A stretch of DNA of 64,000 bases from NCBI GenBank assembly GCA_963700285.1, contig CAVOXA010000006.1, forward strand, positions 142,253 to 206,252. The letters run 5' to 3'. The position numbers were made by a program, and so were the translations under genes. Below the pieces are notes generated by a model. It made no database searches. It had not been told where the DNA came from and saw nothing but the letters and a program-made list of their open reading frames with translations. This DNA comes from an uncultured Chloroflexia bacterium. GTDB taxonomy: Bacteria; Chloroflexota; Anaerolineae; JAAYZQ01. This document shows positions 21,434 to 31,466 of the stretch, in pieces. The stretch's first letter is position 1. Every line of letters starts with the position of its first letter.

Positions 21434-22012
21434 CTAGGCCCCGGCCGCCAGCTTCCGGCCAAGCTCGTAGGCCTTGGCCATCAGATCCCTGTTTTCCGCA
21501 ACCGCGCCTTCGCCGGAGGCGTAGCCGTAGACCATGCCCACGATCTCTGCCGGGATATAGTTGAAGGTGTCCTGGAACATGCGTATGGCATTGATGGCCC
21601 CCGAATCAAAAGGATCGTCGCCGCCGTAGGTCAGAATCACGCCGACCTTCTTGCCCGCCAGGCCATGCTCTTTGACCGTATCCCCTCCCAACGCGTAGCA
21701 GCGATCCATGAAGGCCTTGAGCTGGGCCGTGATCGTGAACCAGTAGATGGGGCTGGCATAGACGATGCCGTCGGCGTCACGGATGATGGGATAGAGGAGC
21801 TGCATGTCATCCTCGATGACACATCGAGCATCCGACGATCCGCGGCAGACTTCGCAGGCGTCACAGGGCCTGATGTCCATCCCATGCAGGTAGTAGCTCT
21901 CGACCTGCGCGCCGGCTGACTCGGCGCCCGCGGCTACCTGGCCGGCCAGCATCGCGCTGTTGCCAATCTCTCTGGGACTCCCCTTCACGATCAAGACTTT
22001 GGGTTTTGACAT
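21434..22012 (-). CDS. Iron-sulfur flavoprotein / NADPH-dependent FMN reductase (flavodoxin-like)
   Basis: GSPREIGNS, CDACEVC-x7-C cluster motif, ASPIYWF, LKAFMDR. Confidence 0.88.
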   Translation of the reverse strand: MSKPKVLIVKGSPREIGNSAMLAGQVAAGAESAGAQVESYYLHGMDIRPCDACEVCRGSSDARCVIEDDMQLLYPIIRDADGIVYASPIYWFTITAQLKAFMDRCYALGGDTVKEHGLAGKKVGVILTYGGDDPFDSGAINAIRMFQDTFNYIPAEIVGMVYGYASGEGAVAENRDLMAKAYELGRKLAAGA

Positions 22013-22216
22013 TGATAAAATGCCTCCTTGACAAGTTTTTGGTCTCGCCGGGTTCAAAAGTCACCCCCGCTCTAGCCAGGTCCGTAAATTCTCCCCCGCC
22101 CTGGCCAGGTCCGTGACCTGGCGTACTGCGACAGAGTCGCAACCTGACTGCCGGTCGCGGTGCGGCAGCGAGCAGGTGAGATTGTCTCCTGGTGACGAGC
22201 AGGCATCGTCGCCTGC

Positions 22217-23542
22217 TTAGGTACTGGCGGCCCCGGCCTCTCTGGCCGCGAGCCGATGCCTGGGTTCTTCCAGGGTCAGCGACAGCGCAATAGACACCAG
22301 TCCTGCCGCCAGGGCCACGAGGAACAGCGCCACAAAACCCAGGTTGTCCACGATGGCCGCTCCGACAGGCGACATGAAAAAGACCATGCCCAACACGCCA
22401 TGGGCCACCCCGATGTACAGGACGCGCTCGATGGACGCCGTCTGCTCCAGCAAGTAGTTGGTCCCACCGATGACCCGGGCGCTGACCTGTATCCCCTGCA
22501 GGATAAAGACCAGGCCAAAGGCCATGGGCCTGGCCGGACCCAGGCCGGGAGCAAAGGCCACCAACAGGGCCGCGGCCGGTGTCAGCATGGCCGTCAGGGC
22601 GGCCAGGCGCATGACAAGCCGGTTGCCATGGCGGTCGCTGATCCGGGCAAAGACCAGGTTCGACAGCACGCCGGCCAGCGTCATGCCCAGCAGGTAGGTG
22701 CCGACCATGTTCTCTGGCGCATCCAGCACCCGCCGGGCATAGACCGCATAGAAGGGCAGGGCCAGCGCCGCCACGACGATGGCCACCCGCGTTCCCAGAT
22801 AGCGGCCAAAATTGCCGTCCCGGAAAGGGAGCTTGACCGCACGCCGGACCTGCTCCCTGAGCGCGACCCCCCGGGTATCCACTGCCTCCGCCGGCTCGAC
22901 AACCAGGCCAAAGGAGATGACCTGCATGGTCGTGACCGCGGTCCCCAGGACGATGAGCCAGCCATAGTTGTCAGGGAAGCTCAGTCCCGAGTCCGCAGAC
23001 AGGATGGCCCTGACCACAAAGCCAGCCCCAATCCCAAACAGGCCACCGGCGAAGCGGCGCCAGCCAAAATACTGGCCTCGCCGCCCAGGCGGTATCGTCT
23101 TGGCCACGATGTTCATAAAAGGCAGGGCCGCAACGCCGCCCATCAGGGCATTGATGCTAAAGAACAACAGAAAGGCTACGATCAGCACGCGTGGATCGGT
23201 GATGGTGAAAGCCGATACGGCCAGCAGGCCAAGGGCCACGACCCGGATCCCCCCTGTGATCCGGTAGAGCGGCATGGTGAGCGGCTTGCGTTCCACATAG
23301 CCCGACAGCAAAAGCTGCAAAAAGTACCAGCTCCCCATCTCAATGGGTATCAGCAAGCTGATGAGCAGGTTCGAGTCGGTCAGCTCGGTCAAGAACCAGG
23401 TCATCACCAACTCGGTGCTGAGAAAGACGACGTAGAGGTTGTAGCCAATGCCGCTGACGACGCCCAGCCAAAAGTTGCGCTGCAGATGCTCCGTAACCGC
23501 TGGTACGCCCAGCGGCCTCACCGGCTGCGTAGAGACTTTCAT
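22217..23542 (-). CDS. MFS transporter
   Basis: About 12 hydrophobic helices; RRGQYFG and ISDRHGNR motifs. Confidence 0.85.
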   Translation of the reverse strand: MKVSTQPVRPLGVPAVTEHLQRNFWLGVVSGIGYNLYVVFLSTELVMTWFLTELTDSNLLISLLIPIEMGSWYFLQLLLSGYVERKPLTMPLYRITGGIRVVALGLLAVSAFTITDPRVLIVAFLLFFSINALMGGVAALPFMNIVAKTIPPGRRGQYFGWRRFAGGLFGIGAGFVVRAILSADSGLSFPDNYGWLIVLGTAVTTMQVISFGLVVEPAEAVDTRGVALREQVRRAVKLPFRDGNFGRYLGTRVAIVVAALALPFYAVYARRVLDAPENMVGTYLLGMTLAGVLSNLVFARISDRHGNRLVMRLAALTAMLTPAAALLVAFAPGLGPARPMAFGLVFILQGIQVSARVIGGTNYLLEQTASIERVLYIGVAHGVLGMVFFMSPVGAAIVDNLGFVALFLVALAAGLVSIALSLTLEEPRHRLAAREAGAAST

Positions 23543-23580
23543 GTTACGCCCCCGGCCCTGAGGACCTGGCCCCGGCCAGA

Positions 23581-25125
23581 TCAACTAGACAGTTTGTAGA
23601 CAACCTTGCCTCCGATGACCGTCATCTCGACGGGAATCTCTACGATGCGGTCCGGCTCGACGGCAAAGGGGTCTCTGGCCAGGACGACCAGATCTCCCAA
23701 CTTGCCCGGTTCCAGCGAACCCTTTTCCGCTTCCTCAAAGGCGATGCGCGCCGCGTTGATGGTGTACAGCGCCAGGGCATCCTGGACGCCGATCCGCTCC
23801 GCGGGATTGGAATGGTTGACCGCCGCGTGCACCCCGATCATGGGCCCCAAAGGCGTGACCGTGCTGTCGGAGCCACCGGCCAGCAATAGGCCCGGGCGCA
23901 ACAGGCTGCGCACGGGGTCGGCCTTCGAGGCCCGCTCCTCACCCAGGGTCGGGACATACTCGTCGTGGGGCCAGTAATAGTTAAAGGGCGGCTGGATGGC
24001 CAGCGCCACGCCCAGGCGCTGGGCGCGTTGGATCTGCTCCTCGCGGATCACCTCGCAGTGCTCGATGCGATGGCGGTGGTCCTCGCGGGGTGAATCGGTC
24101 AGGGCCGCCTCATAGGCATCCAGGGCCTGCTCCACCGCGGCATCGCCGACGGCGTGCATGGCCACCTGCAGGCCGGCCTTGTGCGCCTTGAGCACAAAGG
24201 CGTCGATCTGCTCCTGGCTGTAATAGAGCGTGCCGCAGCTACCAGGCTGGTCCACGTAGGGCTCGGACAGGGCCGCGGTATGAGGGCCCACGTCGCCATC
24301 CAGGAGGATACAACCACCAATGCGGGGCAGGTCCAGGCCCAGCACGCGATCCACGTCGAGGATCTGAAAGTAGAGCACAAAGCGCAGGGGAAGCTCGGGA
24401 ATGGCCTCCAGAAGCCGCTCCACGGCGGCATTGTCGCTGATGGAGCCACCTTCCAGCGCGTGTAGCGTGGTGATGCCGACTGAATGGGCTTTCTCGATGG
24501 CGCCGGCGACCAGCTCGCCGGCCCTTTCATCGGCGCCAAACAGTTTCCCAAAGTGGTCCATTGCCCGGGTATTGGCCGCATCCGCCAGCAGGCCAAGGGG
24601 CTTGCCATTCGCATCGGCCATCACACCCGGTGTGCCCTCGGCCAACGCCAGCGACTCCAGGGCAAGGCTGTTGACGGCCGAACTGTGGCCGGTGATACCG
24701 GTCAGGTAGACCGGATTCTCCGGGGCCGCCGCGTCCAGCGCCTCGATGATGGGGCCGTGCGTCGCGGTGTCCAGGGCGTACTCGCTGTAGCCCATGCCAA
24801 AGATCAGATCCCCCGGCGCGGCCACGGCCGCCGCCTGGCGAACGATGTCCTGCAGCGCCTCGTGGTCGTCGGCGCCGCTGGCGTCCAGCGCCGCCAGGCT
24901 CAGGGCTGTCCACAGGAAATGGGCGTGGGTGTCGATCAGGCCGGGCAGCACCGTCTTGCCCGCCAGATCCAGCACGGCCAGATCCCGGGCAGCGGGCGCC
25001 ACGTCTTCCCAGGCTCCCAGTGCAGCAATTCGCCCTCCGCGCACGACCAGGGCATCGGCCCGGGGCTGGTCCGGGTTCATGGTGATGATGTTGGCGTTGC
25101 GTATTGCAAGATCGCTTTGGAACAT
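23581..25125 (-). CDS. Metal-dependent amidohydrolase (YtcJ/Amidohydro_3 type)
   Basis: LPGLIDTHAH, MHAVGDAA, HRIEHC, GGSDS, YTINAA, KGSLEPGKLGDLVVL. Confidence 0.92.
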   Translation of the reverse strand: MFQSDLAIRNANIITMNPDQPRADALVVRGGRIAALGAWEDVAPAARDLAVLDLAGKTVLPGLIDTHAHFLWTALSLAALDASGADDHEALQDIVRQAAAVAAPGDLIFGMGYSEYALDTATHGPIIEALDAAAPENPVYLTGITGHSSAVNSLALESLALAEGTPGVMADANGKPLGLLADAANTRAMDHFGKLFGADERAGELVAGAIEKAHSVGITTLHALEGGSISDNAAVERLLEAIPELPLRFVLYFQILDVDRVLGLDLPRIGGCILLDGDVGPHTAALSEPYVDQPGSCGTLYYSQEQIDAFVLKAHKAGLQVAMHAVGDAAVEQALDAYEAALTDSPREDHRHRIEHCEVIREEQIQRAQRLGVALAIQPPFNYYWPHDEYVPTLGEERASKADPVRSLLRPGLLLAGGSDSTVTPLGPMIGVHAAVNHSNPAERIGVQDALALYTINAARIAFEEAEKGSLEPGKLGDLVVLARDPFAVEPDRIVEIPVEMTVIGGKVVYKLSS

Positions 25126-25242
25126 GGTTCCTCCCCAGACGTCAGTATATCCAGACTCGCTCTAGCCTGGCTCTAAACCGTCTCCAGACCTCGGAGGCAA
25201 CGAACCTTCGGTCCGTTGAAAACCCGCGAGGTCAGACTGGTG

Positions 25243-25518
25243 TTAGCCCCAGCGGTAGCGGACGCCGTAGCCACCGCGTGGATAGCGCCAGGTGATGGCC
25301 TCCCGGTCGCAGACGACTTTGCACGTGCCGCACTCCAGGCAGCCTTCGCAGTTAAAGACCATCTGGCCCCCCTCCCAGATAAAGAGCCGGGCAGGGCACG
25401 ACACGATGCAGGGCCGCACGGCACACTGGGTGCAGAGTTCGGCCTGAAGGACGATATGTGGCTCCGGATCGGCATTGAAGGCCAGCGTTGCCAGTTTCAG
25501 GTCCAGTTGGTTTTCCAT
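25243..25518 (-). CDS. fixX: FixX-like ferredoxin
   Basis: CTQC..RPCIVSCPA, CEGCLECGTC, WRYPRGGYGVRYRWG. Confidence 0.88.
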   Translation of the reverse strand: MENQLDLKLATLAFNADPEPHIVLQAELCTQCAVRPCIVSCPARLFIWEGGQMVFNCEGCLECGTCKVVCDREAITWRYPRGGYGVRYRWG

Positions 25519-25520
25519 TG

Positions 25521-26885
25521 CTAGTCCCCTCCTGCGCCGCGCTTGCGTGCCTGCCTGCGCTGCCAGCGGCGGTTGTCGACCCAGGCAGCCAGCCCCAGCG
25601 GCCAGCGCAGGTACCAGGGATCCGCTGGCCTGACCAACTCATGGTATGCTTCGCTCAGGAGCGAGCGATCATAGGTCTGCCGTTCGGGCAGCCAGCCCTC
25701 ATAGTAACGCTTGGCCAGGCGGACGATGCCCTTGGGGTTCCGCGACAGGAAGTCCGGACTGCGGCCGCGCTCGCTCCAATCCTCCCGCGCCTCGCGCTGC
25801 GTGTCGGCCAAACCCTCTTCTGCCAAATAGTCCTGATAGACGGCCAGAACCGGCTTGCTGCTGTCTCCCTCCTCGCAGGCACGTTTCACGGCCCGGGCCG
25901 CGGCCACACCGCTGGCCATCGCCGGCCAGGAGCCAACTCCATCCACCGTCGTGAACCAACCGGCGTCACCGGCCAGCAACACACCATCGCCAAACAGCCT
26001 GTCCAGATTCCCAACACCGCCGTAGGGGATCAGGTGCGCCTGGTACTCGCGCAGGGTCGTCCCCTCCAGCAGCCGCGAAATGTAGGGGTGGTGCTCGCGC
26101 TCTGCCAGCACGTCATAGACCGGCACACCCGAGGCCTGCAGCGAGTCCAACTGGATCTCTACCGTAAAGGAGAGAGAATCCTGGTTGGTGTACAGCTCCG
26201 AATAATACATGCCACTGCTCTCCAACGCACCGGACGCCGTCCCGTAAAAGAGGCACAGGACCCCCTCGCCCGGGCGCAGGGCAAAGCGCTCCTCGATGCG
26301 CTCAGCAGGCAGGTCCAGTATCTCGCGCACGATGAGCGAGACGTTGTCTGGCTCAGCCTCCCGGCCCAGCCCGGCCTTTTCGGCCACGGTAGAGTTCACG
26401 CCGTCCGCCCCCACGACCACCCGCGCCCGCAGGTCGCCGCGTTGGGTATGGACGCCGGCCACGCGGCCCTCCTCCCAGATCAGATCCTCGACCAGGGTCT
26501 CGGTGAACATCTCCGCGCCGGCCGCTTCCGCCTCGGCGGCGAACCAGGCATCGAATTTGGAGCGAAAGACGGTAAAGGGCGGATCAAGCTGGTCACCCCG
26601 GCTAAAGTCGCGTAGCGATGGCAGCCGCAGCAGCTCGTTCTCGCCGAGGACATACAGCTCGTAGCCGCCGGTGATGCAGCGCTCCAGGGGCGCCCGCCGG
26701 CGGTAGTCGGGGACCAAGGAGGCCAGCCTGAAGGTGGGCAGCACGCCGCTCATCACATTCTTTTCGCCGGGCACACGCCCCCGCTCCAACAGCACGACGT
26801 CCAGCCCGTCCCGCGCCATCTGCAGCGCGGCCGCCGAGCCGGCCGGGCCCGCGCCTACGACAATGCAGTCGTGGACATGCTCCAC
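25521..26885 (-). CDS. fixC: FixC-like FAD-dependent oxidoreductase (ETF:quinone oxidoreductase family)
   Basis: IVVGAGPAG, ERGRVPGEKNVMSG, FRSKFDAWFA, GADGVNS, EYQAHLIP, LAGDAG; directly upstream of fixX. Confidence 0.85.
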   Translation of the reverse strand: MEHVHDCIVVGAGPAGSAAALQMARDGLDVVLLERGRVPGEKNVMSGVLPTFRLASLVPDYRRRAPLERCITGGYELYVLGENELLRLPSLRDFSRGDQLDPPFTVFRSKFDAWFAAEAEAAGAEMFTETLVEDLIWEEGRVAGVHTQRGDLRARVVVGADGVNSTVAEKAGLGREAEPDNVSLIVREILDLPAERIEERFALRPGEGVLCLFYGTASGALESSGMYYSELYTNQDSLSFTVEIQLDSLQASGVPVYDVLAEREHHPYISRLLEGTTLREYQAHLIPYGGVGNLDRLFGDGVLLAGDAGWFTTVDGVGSWPAMASGVAAARAVKRACEEGDSSKPVLAVYQDYLAEEGLADTQREAREDWSERGRSPDFLSRNPKGIVRLAKRYYEGWLPERQTYDRSLLSEAYHELVRPADPWYLRWPLGLAAWVDNRRWQRRQARKRGAGGD

Positions 26886-26888
26886 GGC

Positions 26889-28322
26889 CTAAGCCTCCTC
26901 GCCCGCCCGCTGCTGGATGCGGTCCAGCTCGCGCTCCGCGTCCTGGCCCAGGGGCAGGGGCTCGTGGGTCGCCAGGATCTCGTCGACCTTCTGGCGCATC
27001 TCCTCCAGGAGATGGGGCCGGCCGCTGGCCTCCCAGGCTTCAAAGGTATCGTGCAGGCCGATCTGGGGCAAGTACCACTCGCCGCCGCGGATGCCGGCCA
27101 CCGTGGAACGGTCGTCCAGAAAGCCACCGCCGGGGCCGATGCGCTGGATCACCTCATCCAGCCACAGGCCATCTTTGACGTCGATGCCCTGCCGTGCCCG
27201 CTTGAACATGCAAAAGACCTCGGCGTCGATGAGCAACTGCTCCAGGCAGAGGATCATCGACCCGCCCAGCAGTCCGGGGCCGACCAGGATGTCGGGCCAG
27301 GAAAGGGCCGGCAGCATGCCGCCTGCAGCGCGCTCGTAGGCGGTTTGGATGCCGGGCACGTGGTGGTCGGTGCCCATGCCCGAGGCCTCCACGGGCAGGC
27401 CATAATAGCGGCCCATCTCGGTCACCGCCGCCCCCAGCAGCGCGTGCTCGATGGCGCCGGCGCCGTAGCGGCCGGAGCGAGGGTCGATGACGGCCAGGGC
27501 CGGGGCATAGATCAAGGGCGTCCCCGGCGCCGCCGCCTGTAGCAGGCAGAGCATGGCCAGCACCTCGCAGTTGCCCACCACCGCGGTGGCGATCAGGCTG
27601 CCGGGGGCCGTGGCCCCCATGAGCGGCATGGGCATGACCGCCAGGGGGATGTCCCAGCCCAGGAGCGACAGGTAGGCATCCGTATACGGTCCCTCGATGA
27701 CCAGCGGCGACTGGGGGCAGAGTAGGAAGGACAGGGGGTGCTTTTCGCGCAGCGCCTGCCTGTCGCCAAAGATGACCTGCAGAACTTCCAGGAGCCAGGG
27801 CGCTTGCTCGGGGCTGGAAATACCGTCCTGTACGTGTTTGGAAAAGTTGCCGAAAAGGGCCCGCAGGTAGCCGACATAGTCGGCCATCGTCTCGCCGCGG
27901 TCGCTGGCCTCCAGCATGGCCCAATACAGGCCGACCTCGTCCACGGCGTCGATGAGCCGGGTTGCCTCCAGCCAGTCCTGCACCGTCCCCAGGCGGCGCT
28001 CGCCCGTGTTCCGGTCCAGGACAAACATCGCCTCGCCGTCCATGAGCAGCGTGCAGTCGCCGCCATTCATGAGCAGGTCCCAACCCGGCCGCCGGGCGCC
28101 CAGCGAGAACTCTTGTGGTGCCAGCCGCAGCGACTCTTCCACCAGCCGTCGTGGAAAGCGGACAATGCGGCTGCCCTCGTCCACCTCTGCCCCGGCGTTC
28201 TCGAGGTAGCGCCGCCCCTGGGCCGTGTCAACCCGCACCCCGGTCTTGGCCAGAATGTCCAGGCTATGCTCGTGGATCTGGTCGCGCTCCTCCTCTGAAA
28301 GCACCTGTACCAGCGTCTGCAT
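26889..28322 (-). CDS. MttB-superfamily (trimethylamine methyltransferase family) corrinoid methyltransferase 1, non-Pyl
   Basis: ILAKTGV, QSPLVI, MGATAPGSL, GLPVEASGMGTD, IGPGGGFL. Confidence 0.92.
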   Translation of the reverse strand: MQTLVQVLSEEERDQIHEHSLDILAKTGVRVDTAQGRRYLENAGAEVDEGSRIVRFPRRLVEESLRLAPQEFSLGARRPGWDLLMNGGDCTLLMDGEAMFVLDRNTGERRLGTVQDWLEATRLIDAVDEVGLYWAMLEASDRGETMADYVGYLRALFGNFSKHVQDGISSPEQAPWLLEVLQVIFGDRQALREKHPLSFLLCPQSPLVIEGPYTDAYLSLLGWDIPLAVMPMPLMGATAPGSLIATAVVGNCEVLAMLCLLQAAAPGTPLIYAPALAVIDPRSGRYGAGAIEHALLGAAVTEMGRYYGLPVEASGMGTDHHVPGIQTAYERAAGGMLPALSWPDILVGPGLLGGSMILCLEQLLIDAEVFCMFKRARQGIDVKDGLWLDEVIQRIGPGGGFLDDRSTVAGIRGGEWYLPQIGLHDTFEAWEASGRPHLLEEMRQKVDEILATHEPLPLGQDAERELDRIQQRAGEEA

Positions 28323-28332
28323 GTTTGCTCCT

Positions 28333-29781
28333 CTATTCGAACTCCCTGTCCGCCGCTCGCAGGATGCGGGCCAGCTCCGCCCTCTGTTCGTCCGGCAGCG
28401 GCTCGGGCTGATGGTTCGCCAGGATCCAATCGGTCTTCTCCCGGGCGACCTCGATGGGGTCGCGAAAGCCCCCGCCCTCCTTGGGCTGGCCGCTCAGCTC
28501 CGACCACTCCAGCTCGCGGAACTTTTGGCGGGTGTGCTCCTGGAACAAAAAGTGCCCCCGAGGCCCCACGGCCTTGATGACGTCCAGGGCCATCGCCTCC
28601 CGGCTGGTGTCGAGGGCGGCCACCTCCGCGCGTACGGTGTGGTAGATCTCGGAATCCAGGACCAATGCCTCCGGCGTGAGCAGCGTACAGACCTCCCGCA
28701 GGCCCAGGCCGCTGGCGGTCTCTGCCCCACAGAGCGCGCACAGGAGCATGCTGGAGGCGATGCCATGCGCCGACTCCCAACCCGAGGTCGCCGCCTCGGT
28801 GCCGGCGCCGGCCAGCGTGGGCACGCCCCACATGTGGGCCAGTTCTACGCCGCCCGAGAAAAAGATGTCGGCCTGCCGGGCCGAGCCCACAAAGTCGCCG
28901 GTACGGGGATGCATGATGCCCGGCATCAACGAGTGGTAGGTCGGCGCGCCGGGATAGGCCATCTGAATGAGGACCATGGCGGCCACGATCTCGGCGTCGC
29001 CGATGACCATGGTGCCGGCGATGGTGGCCGGCGCTGTCAGGGCGGTGGCGGCCATGGACATGAAACCCACGGGCAGCCCTGCCTCGGCAAAGACCAGGGC
29101 CGACTCCATGCCCCCATCGTCCAGAACCAGGGGCGCGATGGTGCATACCAGCAGCGACAATGGCGGTCGCTGGACCATGGTCGCCTCGTCACCGGCGATG
29201 ACCCTGGCCATCTCGACGGCATAGCGCCCCATTCTGTCGCCCATGACCGTCTCGGACTGGACGTGCTTGATGGTGTTGTTGAAAGAGGCGTCGATCTCGT
29301 GCAAGGGCGCGGTACGCGGATGGTCCGTAGCGCTGACCATGGGCCAGTAGAAGGCTATCGACGACATATAGTCCGCCAGGCGCGCCGTCCTGGCCACGTC
29401 CTCCTTGACCGACTTGCGACGCTGGCCGGTCTGCAAGTCGATGGTCGTCAGCCCACAGCCGTCGGTCGCCATGTACATCGCCGTGCCATCCAGCACCAGG
29501 TCAAAGGCCGGAGAGCGCGCGCCCATGGTATAGTAGCGCGGCGCGTGGGACATGGCCTCCACCACGACCTCGGGTGGAATGCGAACGATCTGGCTGGCCT
29601 CGTCCACCATGGCCCCGTGCTCGGAATAGATCTTGCGTGCCTTGTCCGAAGGGCAGTGAACGCCCACCTCCTCCAGGATCTCGAGCGTCGCCGACTTGAA
29701 GTCGGACAACTGCTCGTCGGTCAGAATACGAAGGTGGAAGGCCGGTCTGATGGGCTGCAAAGGTGCAGTCTCAGTAATCAT
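28333..29781 (-). CDS. MttB-superfamily methyltransferase 2, non-Pyl
   Basis: EILEEVGV, TDGCG, KHVQSETVMG, CTIAPL, TAPATIAG, VGPRGHFL. Confidence 0.92.
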   Translation of the reverse strand: MITETAPLQPIRPAFHLRILTDEQLSDFKSATLEILEEVGVHCPSDKARKIYSEHGAMVDEASQIVRIPPEVVVEAMSHAPRYYTMGARSPAFDLVLDGTAMYMATDGCGLTTIDLQTGQRRKSVKEDVARTARLADYMSSIAFYWPMVSATDHPRTAPLHEIDASFNNTIKHVQSETVMGDRMGRYAVEMARVIAGDEATMVQRPPLSLLVCTIAPLVLDDGGMESALVFAEAGLPVGFMSMAATALTAPATIAGTMVIGDAEIVAAMVLIQMAYPGAPTYHSLMPGIMHPRTGDFVGSARQADIFFSGGVELAHMWGVPTLAGAGTEAATSGWESAHGIASSMLLCALCGAETASGLGLREVCTLLTPEALVLDSEIYHTVRAEVAALDTSREAMALDVIKAVGPRGHFLFQEHTRQKFRELEWSELSGQPKEGGGFRDPIEVAREKTDWILANHQPEPLPDEQRAELARILRAADREFE

Positions 29782-29884
29782 TCTCAGCTCCCCTCTTTGG
29801 CCGGATCAGGTTGGCCACGCTGCTCCGGCCGGTCCGTCCTACCCAATCGCCGATGGGTTCCGTCAGAGAGCATCTTGCCTGCCG

Positions 29885-31336
29885 CTACGCAAACTCTCCC
29901 TCCGCTGCCGCGAGGATGCGCGCCAGTTCCGCTGTCTGCTCCTCCTCCAGCGGCTGCGGATGATGGTTCTCCAGGATCCAGTCCGCCTTTTCTCTGGCCA
30001 CCTGAATGGGATCCCGGATGCCGCCCCCTGGCGCGGGTTGCCGCGTGATGTCTGAGAACTGGCGCTGGCGCAGGTTGCGGCGCGTGTGCCGGTGCCCAAG
30101 AAAGTGCCCTCGCGGCCCGATCTCCTTGATCACGTCCAGGGCCAGCGCCTCGCGACTGGTATCCAGTCCCGCGGCATTGATGCGGATCTGGTGATAGATG
30201 TCGGTGTCCAGCAGCAGCGCCTCCGGGTACAGTACCGTGCAACCCTCCAGCAAGCCCATGCCGCTGCCGGTCTCGGCCCCACATAGCGCGCACATCAACA
30301 GGTTGGAGGCGCTGGCCTTGGCTGACTCCCAGCCGGGGGCCTCGGCGTCGGGGCCATAGATGCCGGCCAGGGTGGGCACGCCCCACATGTGGGCCAGCTC
30401 GACGCCCACCGGGTAGGGCAGCTCGGCCTCCCACACCTGGCCGAGGTAGCCGCCCGTGCGAGGGTGCATGATGCCCGGCATCAGGGAGTGAAAGACCGCC
30501 GCGCCGGGGTGGGCCATCTGGACAAGAACCAGGGCCGCCACGATCTCGGCGTCGGCCAGGACCACCGTCCCACCGATGGTTGCCGGCGCCGTCGACCCGG
30601 TATTGGCCATAGACATGAAGCCAACCGGCAGCCCCGCCCCGGCAAAGACCAGGGCCGCCTCCATGCCGCCCTTGTCCAGAGCCAGAGGCGCGATGCAGCA
30701 CACCAGCAGGGACAGGGGCGGCCGGTCGTGGAGAATGCCCCCATCCCCGGCCACTACCTGGGCCATCTCGAGGGCATAGCGCGCCATTCCTTCGTCCATC
30801 ACCGTCTCGGACTGGACGTGCTTGACCGTATTGGCAAAGGATGCCTCCAGCTCGTGCAAGGGCGCCGTGGCCGGATGGTCGTGGGCGGTCACCATGGGCC
30901 AATAAAAGCCGATCGAGCTGAGATAGTCGGAGACACGCGCCATCTTGCCCACGTCCTCCTTGACGCTGTGGCGCCGCTCTCGCGTGTGAAAATCTACCGT
31001 CTCGGTGCCGCAGCCGTCGGTGGCACAGTACATGGCCGTTCCGTCGAGGTTGAGATCAAAGGCCCCATCCCGCGCGCCCATGGTGTAAAAGCGCGGCGCG
31101 CGCGACATCGCTTCCAGGACAACAGCCGGCGGCAGCTTGACCGCGCGGCGCTCAAAATCTACCAGCGCGCCATGCTCGGCATAGATGGCCAGCGCCTTCT
31201 CGGAGGGACAATGAACACCGACCTCCTCCAGGATCTCCAGGGTCGCCGCCTTGAGCTGGAGCAGTTGCTCATCGCCGAGAATGCGAAGGCGGTAGGCGGG
31301 TTTGATAGGCTGTAACTGCTGCGTTTGGCTATTCAT
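29885..31336 (-). CDS. MttB-superfamily methyltransferase 3, non-Pyl
   Basis: Close paralogue of 28333-29781: TDGCG, FYWPMV, KHVQSETVM, IGPRGHFL. Confidence 0.92.
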   Translation of the reverse strand: MNSQTQQLQPIKPAYRLRILGDEQLLQLKAATLEILEEVGVHCPSEKALAIYAEHGALVDFERRAVKLPPAVVLEAMSRAPRFYTMGARDGAFDLNLDGTAMYCATDGCGTETVDFHTRERRHSVKEDVGKMARVSDYLSSIGFYWPMVTAHDHPATAPLHELEASFANTVKHVQSETVMDEGMARYALEMAQVVAGDGGILHDRPPLSLLVCCIAPLALDKGGMEAALVFAGAGLPVGFMSMANTGSTAPATIGGTVVLADAEIVAALVLVQMAHPGAAVFHSLMPGIMHPRTGGYLGQVWEAELPYPVGVELAHMWGVPTLAGIYGPDAEAPGWESAKASASNLLMCALCGAETGSGMGLLEGCTVLYPEALLLDTDIYHQIRINAAGLDTSREALALDVIKEIGPRGHFLGHRHTRRNLRQRQFSDITRQPAPGGGIRDPIQVAREKADWILENHHPQPLEEEQTAELARILAAAEGEFA

Positions 31337-31466
31337 ACGCTACCTCTTTTTTGAGCTTGGGCACCCTCTCCACATCTGCTCCCGGCAGGTCCGTGACCTG
31401 CCGGTCCTTGAACAGGTGTAGCCCCGGACTCAGGCCCGGCTGGTCGCTGGTCGCGGTTCGGCCTGG

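Noticed and set aside
25243-26885. Nitrogen fixation genes
   Set aside because: fixCX are generic ETF-linked redox genes; no nif genes are present.
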